Position numbers and translations under genes: made by a program
Source of the DNA: Pirellulales bacterium
GTDB lineage: Bacteria; Planctomycetota; Planctomycetia; Pirellulales; JAICIG01
Assembly (NCBI GenBank): GCA_035252155.1
Contig: DATFDL010000224.1
Span: 2,984 to 66,983 of the forward strand
Direction: 5' to 3'
Length of the DNA: 64,000 nucleotides
Shown: positions 27,292 through 37,884 of the stretch, in pieces
How positions within the stretch are numbered: position 1 is the stretch's first letter
Layout of the letters: each line of letters opens with the position of its first letter
The notes under the pieces: model-generated
What the model saw: only the letters and a program-made list of their open reading frames with translations
What the model was told of the DNA's origin: nothing
Databases searched by the model: none

Positions 27292-27570
27292 TCACCGGGC
27301 GGCCGACGAAGAGGCCCTCCCGCCTCTCCCCATGAGCAGGTAGATGAATGCCCCGATGAAATGCAGGAAGAAGATCACCAGAAACCAGAGGATCTTGCGC
27401 TCGGTCGTCGGCTCGTTGGTCAGCGCATCGATCATCATCCACAGCCAGAAGACCGTGGCCGCGATTCCCACGATCCAGAAGAGCACGACCAGCACCATGG
27501 CGCCGCCGAATAATCCGGCGGCGTTATTAACGTCAGGAGCGGCTTGAGCGAACAATGTGGATGGGTTCAT
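27292..27570 (-). CDS. PLDc_N-like small membrane protein
   Basis: FWLWMMIDALTNEP...KILWFLVIFFLHFIGAFIYLLMGR matches the PLD-nuclease N-terminal membrane domain pattern. Confidence 0.65.
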   Translation of the reverse strand: MNPSTLFAQAAPDVNNAAGLFGGAMVLVVLFWIVGIAATVFWLWMMIDALTNEPTTERKILWFLVIFFLHFIGAFIYLLMGRGGRASSSAAR

Positions 27571-27666
27571 CGTTTACCTCACCTTGCGATGCATTAGGAT
27601 AAGCAGTAGATGACAACAATGAGGAGCATTTCGCGTACCGCTGGTTTAAGTTGAAGTGTGCTGTTG

Positions 27667-29463
27667 ATGGCCATCCTGACCCTGCGTGAAGTCAGTCTCG
27701 ATTTCGGCGGACCGCCGCTGCTTGATCGTGTCGATTGGACCGTCGATCGCGGCGAACGCATCTGCCTGTTGGGCCGTAACGGCGAGGGCAAGAGCACGCT
27801 GCTCAAATTGATCGACGGCGAGCTTTCGCCCGACGGCGGCGAGATCGTTCGACAGCAAGGGCTGCGCGTGGCACGGCTACCCCAAGAAGTGCCGCAAGAA
27901 GTATCACAACGCACGGGCGGCTCCATCTTCGCTGAAGTTGCCGATGGCCTGTGCGCGGCCGGACACGAGCTGCCGGGCGCCGAACACCGCGTTGAGGCCG
28001 TCCTCTCACGCATGGAGCTGTCGCCCTATGCGATGTTTTCGTCGCTCTCCGCGGGCATGAAACGCCGAGTCTTGCTGGCGAAGGCCATTGTCGGCGAGCC
28101 CGACATCCTGCTGCTCGACGAGCCGACCAACCATCTCGACATCGATGCCATTCGCTGGCTGGAAGGCTTTTTGCTTCGTTTCGGAGGCACATTGATTTTT
28201 GTGACGCACGACCGGGCCTTGCTCGAACAGCTCGCCACGCGGATTGTCGAGCTCGATCGCGGGCGGCTGTTCGATTGGCGGTGTGATTATCCGACGTTTC
28301 TTGAGCGAAAGGAAGCGGCCCTCGCCGCCGAGGCCCGGCAGAACGAGCTGTTCGACAAGCGACTGGCGCAGGAAGAAGTTTGGATACGAAAAGGGATTGA
28401 GGCCCGCCGCACCCGCAACGAGGGCCGCGTGCGGGCGTTGAAGGCGATGCGCGAAGAGCGGCGACGACGGCGAGACGTGCAGGGCGTGGCGCGGATCGAG
28501 GCCCAGCAAGCCGAAGCGTCGGGGCGATTGGTGATCGAGGCCAAGGGCGCGAGTTTCGCTTACGGCGCGCGCCCGGTCATTCAAAACCTGACCACGTCGA
28601 TCATGCGCGGCGACAAGGTGGGCATTATTGGACCCAACGGCTCGGGCAAAACCACACTTTTGCGGCTGTTGTTGGGCGACCTGCCACCGCTTCAGGGGAC
28701 GGTACGTCATGGCACGCGGCTCGAAGTCGCGTATTTCGATCAATTAAAGGCCACCCTGCACGAAGAGCAGACGGTCCAAGAGAACGTCACCGATTACGAG
28801 ACGATTACGTTCAACGGGCAGTCGCGGCACATTCTCGGTTACCTGCAAGACTTCCTCTTTACGCCCGAACGTTCGCGGACCCTGGTCAAGTTTCTGTCGG
28901 GCGGCGAACGCAGCCGGCTGTTGCTGGCGCGGCTGTTCACAAAACCATCGAACGTGCTGGTGTTCGATGAGCCGACCAATGACCTTGATCTCGAAACCTT
29001 GGAACTCTTGGCGAGCCTGCTGGCCGAATATCAAGGGACCGTGCTGCTGGTGAGCCATGATCGAGCCTTCTTGAACGATGTGGCGACAAGCATGCTGGCG
29101 ATCGAGGCGGGCGGAACCATTCACGAATATGCGGGCGGCTACGACGACTATCTGCTCCAGCGGCCCGCGACCTCCGCACCGATATGCTTGCCGGCGTCGG
29201 TCGCACGCAAGGCGGCCCGGCCGCAACAGGAGCGTCGGGCGAGGCTGACCTATCAGGAAAAGCAAGAGCTCGCGGCGCTGCCGCAGCGAATCGAGACTCT
29301 GGAAGCTCGGCGACGCGATTTGCACAACGCGATGTCGGATCCGGCATTTTATCAGCGCCCTGGCGCCGAGATCGCCCAAGACAACGCCAGGCTCTCCGCG
29401 CTGGAGCAGGAACTGGTCGCAGCCTACGACCGCTGGGAATCGCTGGAATCGTTGGCCGATTAA
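27667..29463 (+). CDS. ABC-F family ATPase (Uup-like)
   Basis: Two Walker A sites (GRNGEGKST, GPNGSGKTT), two LSGG signatures (LSAGMKRR, LSGGERSR) and a C-terminal coiled coil. ATG at 27667, and the track start at 27658 is a GTG. Confidence 0.9.
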   Translation: MAILTLREVSLDFGGPPLLDRVDWTVDRGERICLLGRNGEGKSTLLKLIDGELSPDGGEIVRQQGLRVARLPQEVPQEVSQRTGGSIFAEVADGLCAAGHELPGAEHRVEAVLSRMELSPYAMFSSLSAGMKRRVLLAKAIVGEPDILLLDEPTNHLDIDAIRWLEGFLLRFGGTLIFVTHDRALLEQLATRIVELDRGRLFDWRCDYPTFLERKEAALAAEARQNELFDKRLAQEEVWIRKGIEARRTRNEGRVRALKAMREERRRRRDVQGVARIEAQQAEASGRLVIEAKGASFAYGARPVIQNLTTSIMRGDKVGIIGPNGSGKTTLLRLLLGDLPPLQGTVRHGTRLEVAYFDQLKATLHEEQTVQENVTDYETITFNGQSRHILGYLQDFLFTPERSRTLVKFLSGGERSRLLLARLFTKPSNVLVFDEPTNDLDLETLELLASLLAEYQGTVLLVSHDRAFLNDVATSMLAIEAGGTIHEYAGGYDDYLLQRPATSAPICLPASVARKAARPQQERRARLTYQEKQELAALPQRIETLEARRRDLHNAMSDPAFYQRPGAEIAQDNARLSALEQELVAAYDRWESLESLAD

Positions 29464-29821
29464 GGTCTACCTGTTCTTCACAGCCCGACAGTCTTGCCAG
29501 GCTCTTGGCTCATCAGACGTTGTGGTTTGGACTATGTGATTGCAAACGGCAACGGCTGAGGCGATGTCTTCGACCGGCCGCTCATCGTGCGGTGGTGGCA
29601 TCGACGCTGGCACGATGCGGTCAAATCTGCGGGGGCGCCGCCCGTTGGCAAACCAGCACCGACTCGGTCTTCGGGATGCCTGCTCCCATACCTTCTGGCG
29701 CTTAGGGCGGCGCTCCCGTGAGGGCTCAACCGCATCACGATATAGGTCGAACGTCCATTTCATCGGACGGCGCGCCTAGAAGGGGTCTCGGTACATCACC
29801 TATCAGAAATTCCGCGAAAAG

Positions 29822-30112
29822 ATGAAAGGGGTTCTTGATGAATTCACGGGCAAGGCATTTCGCGACGAAGTGAAGATTGACCTCAATGGCAGCGTGCTAA
29901 ACACGGATGACATGATGAACAAATGGTTGAACGGCTATGAGTACCACCACGCGCAGCAAGCCTTGGAGGTGTTTAAGGCAGTTCTGCCGGAGGAATGGCA
30001 GCGAGGTATTTTCATCAATATGATGATTGACAAGGTAAAGCAGGTGGCAAAGATCTATGCCTTCGTCGCCTGGCTCCATCGTCGGCAAAAAGGGGCAACG
30101 TTTCACATTTAA
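29822..30112 (+). CDS. hypothetical protein in an AT-richer patch
   Basis: 96-aa ORF with no recognisable family. Local composition is visibly AT-richer than the flanks. Confidence 0.35.
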   Translation: MKGVLDEFTGKAFRDEVKIDLNGSVLNTDDMMNKWLNGYEYHHAQQALEVFKAVLPEEWQRGIFINMMIDKVKQVAKIYAFVAWLHRRQKGATFHI

Positions 30113-30260
30113 TGAACCAGCCCCCGCCATCTCAGGGAGCGCCCGCATCGCCTAGTCGAGTTCCTGCGATGCCGGCTGGTGAAAAACCGGAAGTCGAAGC
30201 CATGCGCCGGCGGGATTGATGCACTGTCGAGCAGATGCTAAACTTGGTTTAAGAATACTT

Positions 30261-30318
30261 GAGGCCTGGGAGTGCTTCGGCACGTTAGGGCTAAACCCTT
30301 CCCGGGCCTCTTTTTTTT
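30261..30318 (+). terminator. rho-independent terminator (long stem plus T8)
   Basis: GAGGCCTGGGAG ... CTTCCCGGGCCTC followed by TTTTTTTT. Confidence 0.75.
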
Positions 30319-30324
30319 CCGCCG

Positions 30325-31362
30325 ATGTACCTGCTTTACGTTGACGCCTCCGGGACTCCTGAACCGCAGGACAGCAATAGCCGACATTATGTCCTGGTTG
30401 GTCTTTGCGTTCACGAAGGAACGTGGTTCGCGCTCGACAAGCGGTTGAACGGGTTAAAAGCGGCCTATTGCCCGCCTGGACGGGACTTTGAGCTCCACGC
30501 CGCTCAGTTCGCAGGCTCTATTCGAGAGCAGGATGAGATACCGGCGTTCGCTGGCATGTCGTGGACGGATCGGCGTGCCCGCGTCACGGCGCTTCAGCAG
30601 GCGAAAATCGCCGCTGCCCCTACCGCGCCCGAGAGGCGAAACCGAGCCAAGAAATACAAGCGCACGGAGCCGTTCATCCATTTGACGCGCCAAGAACGCT
30701 CGCAACTTCTCGAAGATGCGCTTGACCTGGTAGGGGCACACAGGGGAATCAGCTTGTTTGGAGAAGCCATCCGCAAAGCTCATCCGGCAGTGACGTCGGG
30801 CAACGTCGACCCTGTTCACCAAGCCTTCGAGCAAGTCGTTTCGCGGTTCGATTCGTTTCTGAAGCGGCTGGACGACTGGAAGCACCAAAAAAGTCCGCGT
30901 CGATTGATCGACAATGGTCTGCTGGTTCTCGATCAGGACTACACGACCGAAGCGACTATTCTCAGCCAATTTCGCGACTATCGGAGAAAGGGTCATCCGT
31001 GGGGGCGAATGAGGCACGTCATCGACGTACCTTTTTTCGCATCCAGCGAACGAGTTTGCGGGCTTCAACTTGTCGATATCTGCGCCTAGGCGTTACGTCG
31101 GTACCTTGACACCAATGCCGTGAGCGGCAGCCATGAAGAGCGGAATTTTCAGCGGATTTACCACCGATTCGATCGGGACAATCTTGGCAGGTTGCACGGA
31201 TTGAGACACTACACCCCTCCCGGCACGTGCGACTGTCTTGTCTGTCGAGAACGCGGTCACGCAACTCAAGCGGCCGCCTCGCCGCCTGTCGTTTTGCCAA
31301 CAGAGCCGCAGCAGTCGGGACGGGACGATTCGAATCCTGCTGTCAACGAACCGTCGAGCTAA
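30325..31362 (+). pseudogene. DUF3800 domain protein interrupted by an in-frame TAG at 31087-31089
   Basis: MYLLYVDASGTP is a DUF3800 N-terminus. ORFs 30325-31089 and 31120-31362 share a frame. The stop falls in GLQLVDICA-TAG-ALRRY, where the family normally has LQ.AD..AYA, so this is a TAC/TAT to TAG change. Confidence 0.65.
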
Positions 31363-31515
31363 CCTGCCCAGTGCTTCCGGGCCACTCGACGCGGTTTCGA
31401 TCACGAACCCCGCCCGGCAGCACCGCGCAATCGCTCTGGTCGTTCGCTTTAGCGCAAGCTCAGCGAGCGTTTTCCTACATAGGTGGCATCGACCGCTTGG
31501 GCGGACCGCGCACAA

Positions 31516-32967
31516 TCACGCCAGAACCGCGTTCACCACGCGTGCCGGCTGGCCATTCGTGAGCTGCTGTTGGCGGCCGTTGCTGTGGTAGACAAGCTTG
31601 TTGTGGTCCAAGCCAAATTGATGCAGAAGGGTCGCTTGGTAATCGTTGGGAGTGACGATGTCGACGGCCGCCTTGTGGCCGACTTCGTCGGTCTGGCCGA
31701 AAGCCATGCCGGGCTTGATGCCGCCGCCCGCCAGCCAGATCGAGAAGCCTTGGCCATTGTGGTCGCGGCCCACCTGGTCGTTCAATTCGCCCTCGCAGAC
31801 GGGCAGCCGGCCGATTTCGCCGCCCCAATGCACGATCGTCGAAGCGAGCAGGCCCCGCTGCTTGAGATCAGTTACCAGGGCGGCCGACGGTTGGTCGGTG
31901 CGGCGGCAGATTGCCGGCAGCGTAGTGCGCAGGTTGTTGTGGTTGTCCCAGGGCTGCCCGCCTAGAAACAACTGCACGAAACGCACTCCCCGCTCCACCA
32001 GTCGCCGGGCGATCAAGCAACGCGTGCCGTACTCGCGGGTCTCGTCCCGGTCTAGCCCGTAGAGCGTGTGGATGTATGCGGGCTCTCGGCCGATGTCGAG
32101 CGCCTCCTTGGCTTCGACCTGCATGGCCGCGGCCAATTCATAGCTGGCGATGCGGGTCTCCAGGTCGGCCTCGCCGGGGTGCACCGCCAGATGGCGGCGG
32201 TTCAGTCGTTCCAGAAAGCTCAAATTCTGCCGTTGCAATTCGCCGCGCAACTGCGGCGGCGGGTCGAGATTCAGGATCCGCGGTTCTTGGGGCCGCAATA
32301 CGGTGCCCTGATAAAGCGGCGGCATAAAGCCGTTCGACCAGTTGTGGGTGCCGTCGACGGGATGTCCTGCCGGGTCGGAAAGCACCATGTAGGCGGGCAG
32401 GTTCTGCGATTCGCTTCCCAGCGCGTAGACCAGCCAACTGCCCATCGTCGGACGGCCGGTCACGCCGGCGATGCCGCCATGAAAAAAGCGGATCGAAACC
32501 TCGTGGCCATTATGGCCGGTATGCATCGATCGAACGACGCAAAGGTCATCGACGATACCGGCCGTATGCGGCAACAGTTCGGAGACGTCGGCGCCACACT
32601 GGCCGTGTTTGGCAAACTTGAAGGGACTGCCGAGCAGCTTCTTGCTGGCCCGGTTGACGAAACTGTAGTGGACATCGCCGCCGTAATCTTTGCCGTTGAG
32701 CGCCGTTAGCTCCGGCTTCGGGTCGAACAGATCGACGTGCGAAGGGCCGCCGTGCATGAACAGCGAAATCATGGCGGTGGCTTTGGGCGAGAAGTGCGGC
32801 TGCCGCGGCTTCAGGTCGAGCGGCAAATTCTCACCGGGCTTGCCCGGCGTTTCCACGGCAAGCAAACGATCGTCGTTCAGCAGGTGCGCCAGGGCGAAGC
32901 TGCCGATGCCAAAAGCCGACTGGGCCAGGAATTCACGCCGGCTGCGAAAGCGAGGGTCAATCCACAT
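31516..32967 (-). CDS. DUF1501 domain-containing protein
   Basis: Tat-like N-terminus RSRREFLAQSAFGIGSFA, plus GGQPWDNH and GGEIGRLP motifs. Confidence 0.9.
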   Translation of the reverse strand: MWIDPRFRSRREFLAQSAFGIGSFALAHLLNDDRLLAVETPGKPGENLPLDLKPRQPHFSPKATAMISLFMHGGPSHVDLFDPKPELTALNGKDYGGDVHYSFVNRASKKLLGSPFKFAKHGQCGADVSELLPHTAGIVDDLCVVRSMHTGHNGHEVSIRFFHGGIAGVTGRPTMGSWLVYALGSESQNLPAYMVLSDPAGHPVDGTHNWSNGFMPPLYQGTVLRPQEPRILNLDPPPQLRGELQRQNLSFLERLNRRHLAVHPGEADLETRIASYELAAAMQVEAKEALDIGREPAYIHTLYGLDRDETREYGTRCLIARRLVERGVRFVQLFLGGQPWDNHNNLRTTLPAICRRTDQPSAALVTDLKQRGLLASTIVHWGGEIGRLPVCEGELNDQVGRDHNGQGFSIWLAGGGIKPGMAFGQTDEVGHKAAVDIVTPNDYQATLLHQFGLDHNKLVYHSNGRQQQLTNGQPARVVNAVLA

Positions 32968-35900
32968 ACAAAAACTCGTTCGAGCTGAGAAGTTGCTGGC
33001 AAAGGCTCGTCAGCGCCAGCAGTTCATGGTCCGTTTTGTCGGTGCTGCTGCGCAGGGCGGCGAACTGCCCGGCGATAAACTGACAGGCAGATTCCAGTTC
33101 TTCGAGCGTGGCTGCGCGTTGGTAAGCGATCTGCCAGGCATAGGCAATCTGCTGCGGCAGAGAAACCGTGAGCGGTCCGTGAAAATCGGTGGAAGAGTTC
33201 CATGCGTCGAGCTCGCGATTTTCGGAGTCGCATAGCTTGAGCGTGACATTCCAGGCAAACGAATCGGAATTTACATCGCCAAAACAATCAACGGCAAAGT
33301 CGAAGGTATCGCCGGCTTGCACTTCGGCCGGTAACATGTCGGTAGCCGTCTCGCCCGTCTTCACGAGCCACTCGGCCGACAAGCCGGCGCGACTCGACAC
33401 GATACGGCCGCGCACGCCGTCGCCATTTTCGGAGGGATGGTGCAGCTTGCCCGAAATCGAGACGGACCCGCTCCGCGGCGCCGTCCAACGGCGGATGGCC
33501 GCATGTTGCGAGTCGTTGCCGGCATGACCGCCCGCGGCGGTCAGCAGCACCCACCCCAGGTTGGCGTCGGGCAAGGTCGGGCCTCCCTGCCACGCCGATC
33601 CCGTGAAGTGCGGTAATGCGCTAAACTGTGTCACCCGCTTCTCGGCCTCATCGAACGTGCCGTAACCGAATTGCCAGCCTTCGACGCGCCGCGGATATTT
33701 TGCGATCAGCGGTTGCAATGCGGGCAAGCCAAAATCCGCGGGCGTCTCTGACCGCACTCGCTGGGCGAACAGCCCGGCCTGCTTGAGCACGAACTCGCTG
33801 TTCATCAGCATCAGCGACTGCGGCGCGCCGGTGCTCGGCGCACGCCGCTCGCAGTTCAATGTCATGACCGGCGCGTCGAACGCGGTCAAAAACGAGACGG
33901 GCTTCGACCGCCGAACTTCCAAGTAGACGCTGCGGCGAGGCAACCCGTCTTTGACGACGACCTGGCCGACAAAATCGTCGACCACCGGCACCGCCGGACC
34001 AAACGGCTTGCGGTCGAGCTGGCCGCTGGCCATGAGCATGCGGTCTCGCAACGTCTCTGCTTCCAGCCGCCGTACCGGATAGTGCCAGTAATACGAATTA
34101 TTTCCGTCCACCACTCGGGGATTCGTCTCGCCGTTTTTCAACGGCCGGGGCAGCGACGACTGCCGGTAAACCGTCGAGAGCATCAGGAGTTTGTGCATCC
34201 GCTTCATGCTCCAGCCCTGGCGAGCGAACTCGTCGGCCAGCCAGTCGAGTAGCTCGGGATGGGTCGGCCGCACACCGAGCACGCCGAAGTCGCCGGCCGT
34301 ATCGACCAGCCCGCGACCGAAATGATTGAGCCAGATGCGATTCACCAGCACGCGGCCGGTTAGCGGATGCTGGCCGCTGGTCAGATGCCTGGCCAGAGCA
34401 AGTCGCCGGCCCGAGGTTGGCAGTAGCGGATCGTCGCCGGGAATCTCGAAGCGATGCCCCTCGGCAGCCGCGATGGTCAAATCGCCGGGCGATACTTCCT
34501 GCTGCGGCTGGCGATAATCGCCGCGGTAAAAAACGTGCGTCGGAGGCAGCGTGCCAGCCACTTCATTGACGACGCTCACAAAATCTTCGACAGGTTTTTC
34601 CGCCCGCTTGGCGGCGATCTTGGCCTGGTCGGCCTTCAGTTCGTCGGCGGCCGCCTGATTGTATTGATAGAGCACACCGGCCGAGATGTTCACCTTGGGA
34701 TTCGCGGCCAGCAGTTGCTTTTGCTCTTCCGATCGCTTGTCGGCGGCAGTGTTATAGGCGTCACGCAGCTTGCCGCGGAGCTCCTCGGGGAATTTTTCCA
34801 GTTCCTTCTCCAGGGCATCGCTGAGGAACTTCGCTTGTTTCGCGTTGTAGGCGTCTTGCAGAACTTTCGCCTCGGCTTCGACCGCCGCCGCTTTGGCGCG
34901 GTCTTGGTCCGTATAGAGCGACACCAGCCGCTGCGCCGGCCGCCGCCAATGTGCCGGATCGAGGGCTGGCTCAAATACTGCCCGACGCCGGTAATAATCG
35001 TTCTGTGGAATCGGATCATAGCGGTGATCGTGGCATTGGGCACAGCCAACGGTCAGTCCCAGCAGCGACGAACCGACGATCTTCAGCGTGTCGGCCAGTT
35101 TTTGGTTGGCGCCTTCCGCCGTGTCGCCGCTGGTTGTCGTGGGGTCGGCCGCTGTTTGCAGGAAGCCCGTGGCGGCCAGCGTTTCGATCTGTTCGGGCGT
35201 GAGGTTGCTCCACGGTTGCGGCACCAGCTCATCGCCCGCAAGCTGTTCGATGAGGAACTGGTCGAACGGCTTGTCGAGGTTGAACGAGCGAATCACGTAG
35301 TCGCGGTACTTATAGGCGTACGGGCGTGGCGTGTCATCGCTGCCGTTTCCTTCCGAATCGGCATAGCCGGCGACGTCGAGCCAGTGTCGTCCCCAACGCT
35401 CGCCATAGTGCGGCGAGGCGAGCAGGCGATCCAAGAGCCGCCCGTACGCCAGTTCGCTTTTGTCGGCGAGAAACTCGGCGATTTCCTGCGCAGTAGGCGG
35501 CAGGCCGACCAGGTCGAACGAGGCCCGGCGGATGAATGTCAGCCGGTCGGCATCGGCGGCGAAGCGAAGTCCGTTCTCGCGCAGCTTGGCCAGCACGAAG
35601 GCATCGATCGGGGAGCGCACGATATCGGCACCGGGCTGCGCAGCGAGCGATACCTCATCACGAACCACATTGGCCAGCGGCGGCGGTTCGCTACGGCGAA
35701 TCGGCTGGAAGGCCCAATAGGCCCTTTCTTCGGGCGTGATGTCGATGCCCTGCGGCAGTTGCTCGGGTTCATCTCGCAGCGTCGGCGCCCCCGCGGCGAT
35801 CCACCGCTCGATGGCGGCAAGCTGCTCCGGCGGCACCTTCTTTTCGCCCGGCGGCATCTCGCCGGCCTTGGCGCGGTTCAGGAGCAGACTGGCGGCGGCG

Positions 35901-36187
35901 TTACTTGGTGCGATGGCCGGCCCGCTCTCGCCTCCGCGAACGATGAACCGCCTCAACCGCAGGTCGAGGCCGCCTTCGATCTTCTCGCCACCACCGTGGC
36001 AGTCGAAGCAATACGCCTTGAACACCGGCCGCGCATCATGCTCAAAGCTTGGCGCTTCGTCGGCATGTGCAGCGGAACGAATCACCGCCAGCGCCAGCGC
36101 AGACTGAATCAGCAAACGCCAACTACCTCGATCCATTAACAATGACAGACGCAACGAGGTACGCACTTCTTTCAATGGTCCGGACAA
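32957..36187 (-). CDS. PSCyt1/DUF1549/DUF1553 domain-containing protein
   Basis: CFDCHGG (planctomycete cytochrome c domain), CAQCHDHRYDPI and NRIWLNHFGRGLV. It overlaps the downstream DUF1501 gene by 11 nt. Confidence 0.9.
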   Translation of the reverse strand: MSGPLKEVRTSLRLSLLMDRGSWRLLIQSALALAVIRSAAHADEAPSFEHDARPVFKAYCFDCHGGGEKIEGGLDLRLRRFIVRGGESGPAIAPSNAAASLLLNRAKAGEMPPGEKKVPPEQLAAIERWIAAGAPTLRDEPEQLPQGIDITPEERAYWAFQPIRRSEPPPLANVVRDEVSLAAQPGADIVRSPIDAFVLAKLRENGLRFAADADRLTFIRRASFDLVGLPPTAQEIAEFLADKSELAYGRLLDRLLASPHYGERWGRHWLDVAGYADSEGNGSDDTPRPYAYKYRDYVIRSFNLDKPFDQFLIEQLAGDELVPQPWSNLTPEQIETLAATGFLQTAADPTTTSGDTAEGANQKLADTLKIVGSSLLGLTVGCAQCHDHRYDPIPQNDYYRRRAVFEPALDPAHWRRPAQRLVSLYTDQDRAKAAAVEAEAKVLQDAYNAKQAKFLSDALEKELEKFPEELRGKLRDAYNTAADKRSEEQKQLLAANPKVNISAGVLYQYNQAAADELKADQAKIAAKRAEKPVEDFVSVVNEVAGTLPPTHVFYRGDYRQPQQEVSPGDLTIAAAEGHRFEIPGDDPLLPTSGRRLALARHLTSGQHPLTGRVLVNRIWLNHFGRGLVDTAGDFGVLGVRPTHPELLDWLADEFARQGWSMKRMHKLLMLSTVYRQSSLPRPLKNGETNPRVVDGNNSYYWHYPVRRLEAETLRDRMLMASGQLDRKPFGPAVPVVDDFVGQVVVKDGLPRRSVYLEVRRSKPVSFLTAFDAPVMTLNCERRAPSTGAPQSLMLMNSEFVLKQAGLFAQRVRSETPADFGLPALQPLIAKYPRRVEGWQFGYGTFDEAEKRVTQFSALPHFTGSAWQGGPTLPDANLGWVLLTAAGGHAGNDSQHAAIRRWTAPRSGSVSISGKLHHPSENGDGVRGRIVSSRAGLSAEWLVKTGETATDMLPAEVQAGDTFDFAVDCFGDVNSDSFAWNVTLKLCDSENRELDAWNSSTDFHGPLTVSLPQQIAYAWQIAYQRAATLEELESACQFIAGQFAALRSSTDKTDHELLALTSLCQQLLSSNEFLYVD

Positions 36188-36198
36188 CGGGGGGAATT

Positions 36199-36300
36199 AG
36201 AAACGGACGAAAAATAACTTCGGCATACAGATTCCTCTCCCTCCGGGAGAGGTTAGGTGAGGGCCGACATAATTGCCGACGTTACTTTTTCGTCCGCTCC
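36199..36300. repeat. ~100-nt palindromic REP/MITE-like element
   Basis: Outer arms AACGGACGAAAAATAACTTCGGCA / TGCCGACGTTACTTTTTCGTCCGC enclose a CCTCTCCC-TCCG-GGAGAGG hairpin plus GGTGAGGGC. Related copies lie at 38101-38130, 51026-51054 and 51070-51100. Confidence 0.7.
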
Positions 36301-36860
36301 TTTGGGAAGCGAATCGGACGGCGGGCTACAACTATGAATCTAACGCGATCCCCTCGGAGCATCAACCTGAGGGGCTTGAATCACCCGCGCCTGGTGAAGC
36401 AGAGTCAGGCTCTGCGGGCGAGGCACCGGGCAAGGGAGAACTAAGCCCACGGGCGACTCAATGACGCCTGGCTGCCTTGTCAGAGCGCTCTGCCAAGACG
36501 GCTTATTTTTTCTCTCCCATTGAACGCCCTAGCCATGCCGCTAATCGTGGTCACCGTAGAGTTCGGTGCGCGAGAAAGTGCCCTCGGCGATGGGCCGGTG
36601 GAAGCTTCCTGGTAGACCAATCGGTCAAGCTCGTCCGGAGTAATCGTGCGCATTGCGGTGCAAGTTTCAGCCAGTGAAATCTTCTCCAAATAAGCCTGCA
36701 CCAAATCCTGAATCCCGCCCCGCGCTCCCCGCCCAAGCCTCCTGCCCCCAGCCGCGACCCACGCCCGACGCTCCCCGTCCCTCGCCCCTCGCTCCACACC
36801 TCACGGCCCCGCCCCCCGGTAATCTGTTCGCCGACGCGAGAGCGAGAGGGTATTATTGGA

Positions 36861-37262
36861 ATGGTTCATTCCGGCCGCGAGCGAGATGTGCCCCACCGCC
36901 GCCGCGGTCGAGGTAAGGGTAATCCAGTGCCAAAACTCGCTGAAAGCAACCTGCCAACCTTGATTCAGCGCATCACGTCGCGGATCTTGAAGCGGTTTCA
37001 CCCGGACAAGGTGATCCTATTTGGTTCTCAGGCGCGCGGAAACACAACCGCGGACAGCGACTTGGATTTGCTGGTGGTGATGGATTTTGAGGGGTCGAAG
37101 CTCGACAAGATGGTCGAGGTACGCGAGGTGCTGAGGGGGATCAGGATCCCGACGGACATTCTCATCACGACGCCCGACGACTTCGCCTGGCGCAAGGACG
37201 TGGTGGGCACCATTGAATGGCCGGCTTTCCATGAAGGCCAAGTCCTTTATGCCCGCGCCTAG
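36861..37262 (+). CDS. nucleotidyltransferase (MNT-type antitoxin)
   Basis: KVILFGSQARGNTTADSDLDLLVV is the NTase GS...D.D motif. The true start may be the GTG at 36927. Confidence 0.75.
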   Translation: MVHSGRERDVPHRRRGRGKGNPVPKLAESNLPTLIQRITSRILKRFHPDKVILFGSQARGNTTADSDLDLLVVMDFEGSKLDKMVEVREVLRGIRIPTDILITTPDDFAWRKDVVGTIEWPAFHEGQVLYARA

Positions 37263-37673
37263 CAATCCGCAGTTAGCCGTTCTGCGTCAATGGGTCGAGA
37301 AGGCCGAACACGACCTGACGGCCGCCAGACAGATTCAAAAGCTCGGCAAGGCCGCGCCGACGGATACGATTTGTTTTCACGCGCAGCAATGCGTCGAGAA
37401 GTATCTTAAGGCCGCTCTGGTCAACCTAGGGATTCCCTTCGCAAAGACCCACGACATCGAAGTGCTGATGAAGCTGATTCCGCCTAAGCACCGGCCAGCC
37501 ATGACGCCGACGGAGCAGAATTATTCACCAGTTATGCGGTCGTGGTTCGATATCCGCAAGCCGGACTGGCGATTCCTCTGCGCGAATCGCGCAGGGCGGT
37601 GGCCATCGCGCGGCGCATTCGCCGCGAAGTGCGCCGCTCGTTGCCCAGGTCGGCGGTACGGCGCACCAAGTGA
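37249..37673 (+). pseudogene. HEPN domain protein (toxin partner of MNT) with a frameshift near 37500-37515
   Basis: The N-terminal half is in the 37249 frame (LRQWVEKAEHDLTAARQI...HAQQCVEKYLKA). The C-terminal half AELFTSYAVVVRYPQAGLAIPLRESRRAVAIARRIRREV, with an HEPN-like YAV..RYP motif, is in another frame ending at TGA 37671-37673. The 277-aa track ORF is readthrough into repeats. Confidence 0.6.
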
Positions 37674-37884
37674 GCACGATTCTTCCGATCAGTCGGCCCC
37701 TAGTTCTCGAGCCTCCAGCGCCCAGTCCCCAATCCCAAGCCTCCGTCCCCAGTCCCTCCGCTCCACGCCCCACGCCTCCCGCCCCACGGCTACCAATCCA
37801 GCCTGGGCCAGTTGCTGCACAGCGCGGTTTACCTCGGCGGCTTTTGGCTTCCCCGACCTCCGAATCGGGACCGCGTCGCCTCGT

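Noticed and set aside
29467-29763. A 98-aa minus-strand ORF between the ABC-F gene and the AT-richer patch, considered as an integrase or excisionase remnant.
   Set aside because: It has no recognisable recombinase motifs and a highly basic composition. There is not enough evidence to call it.
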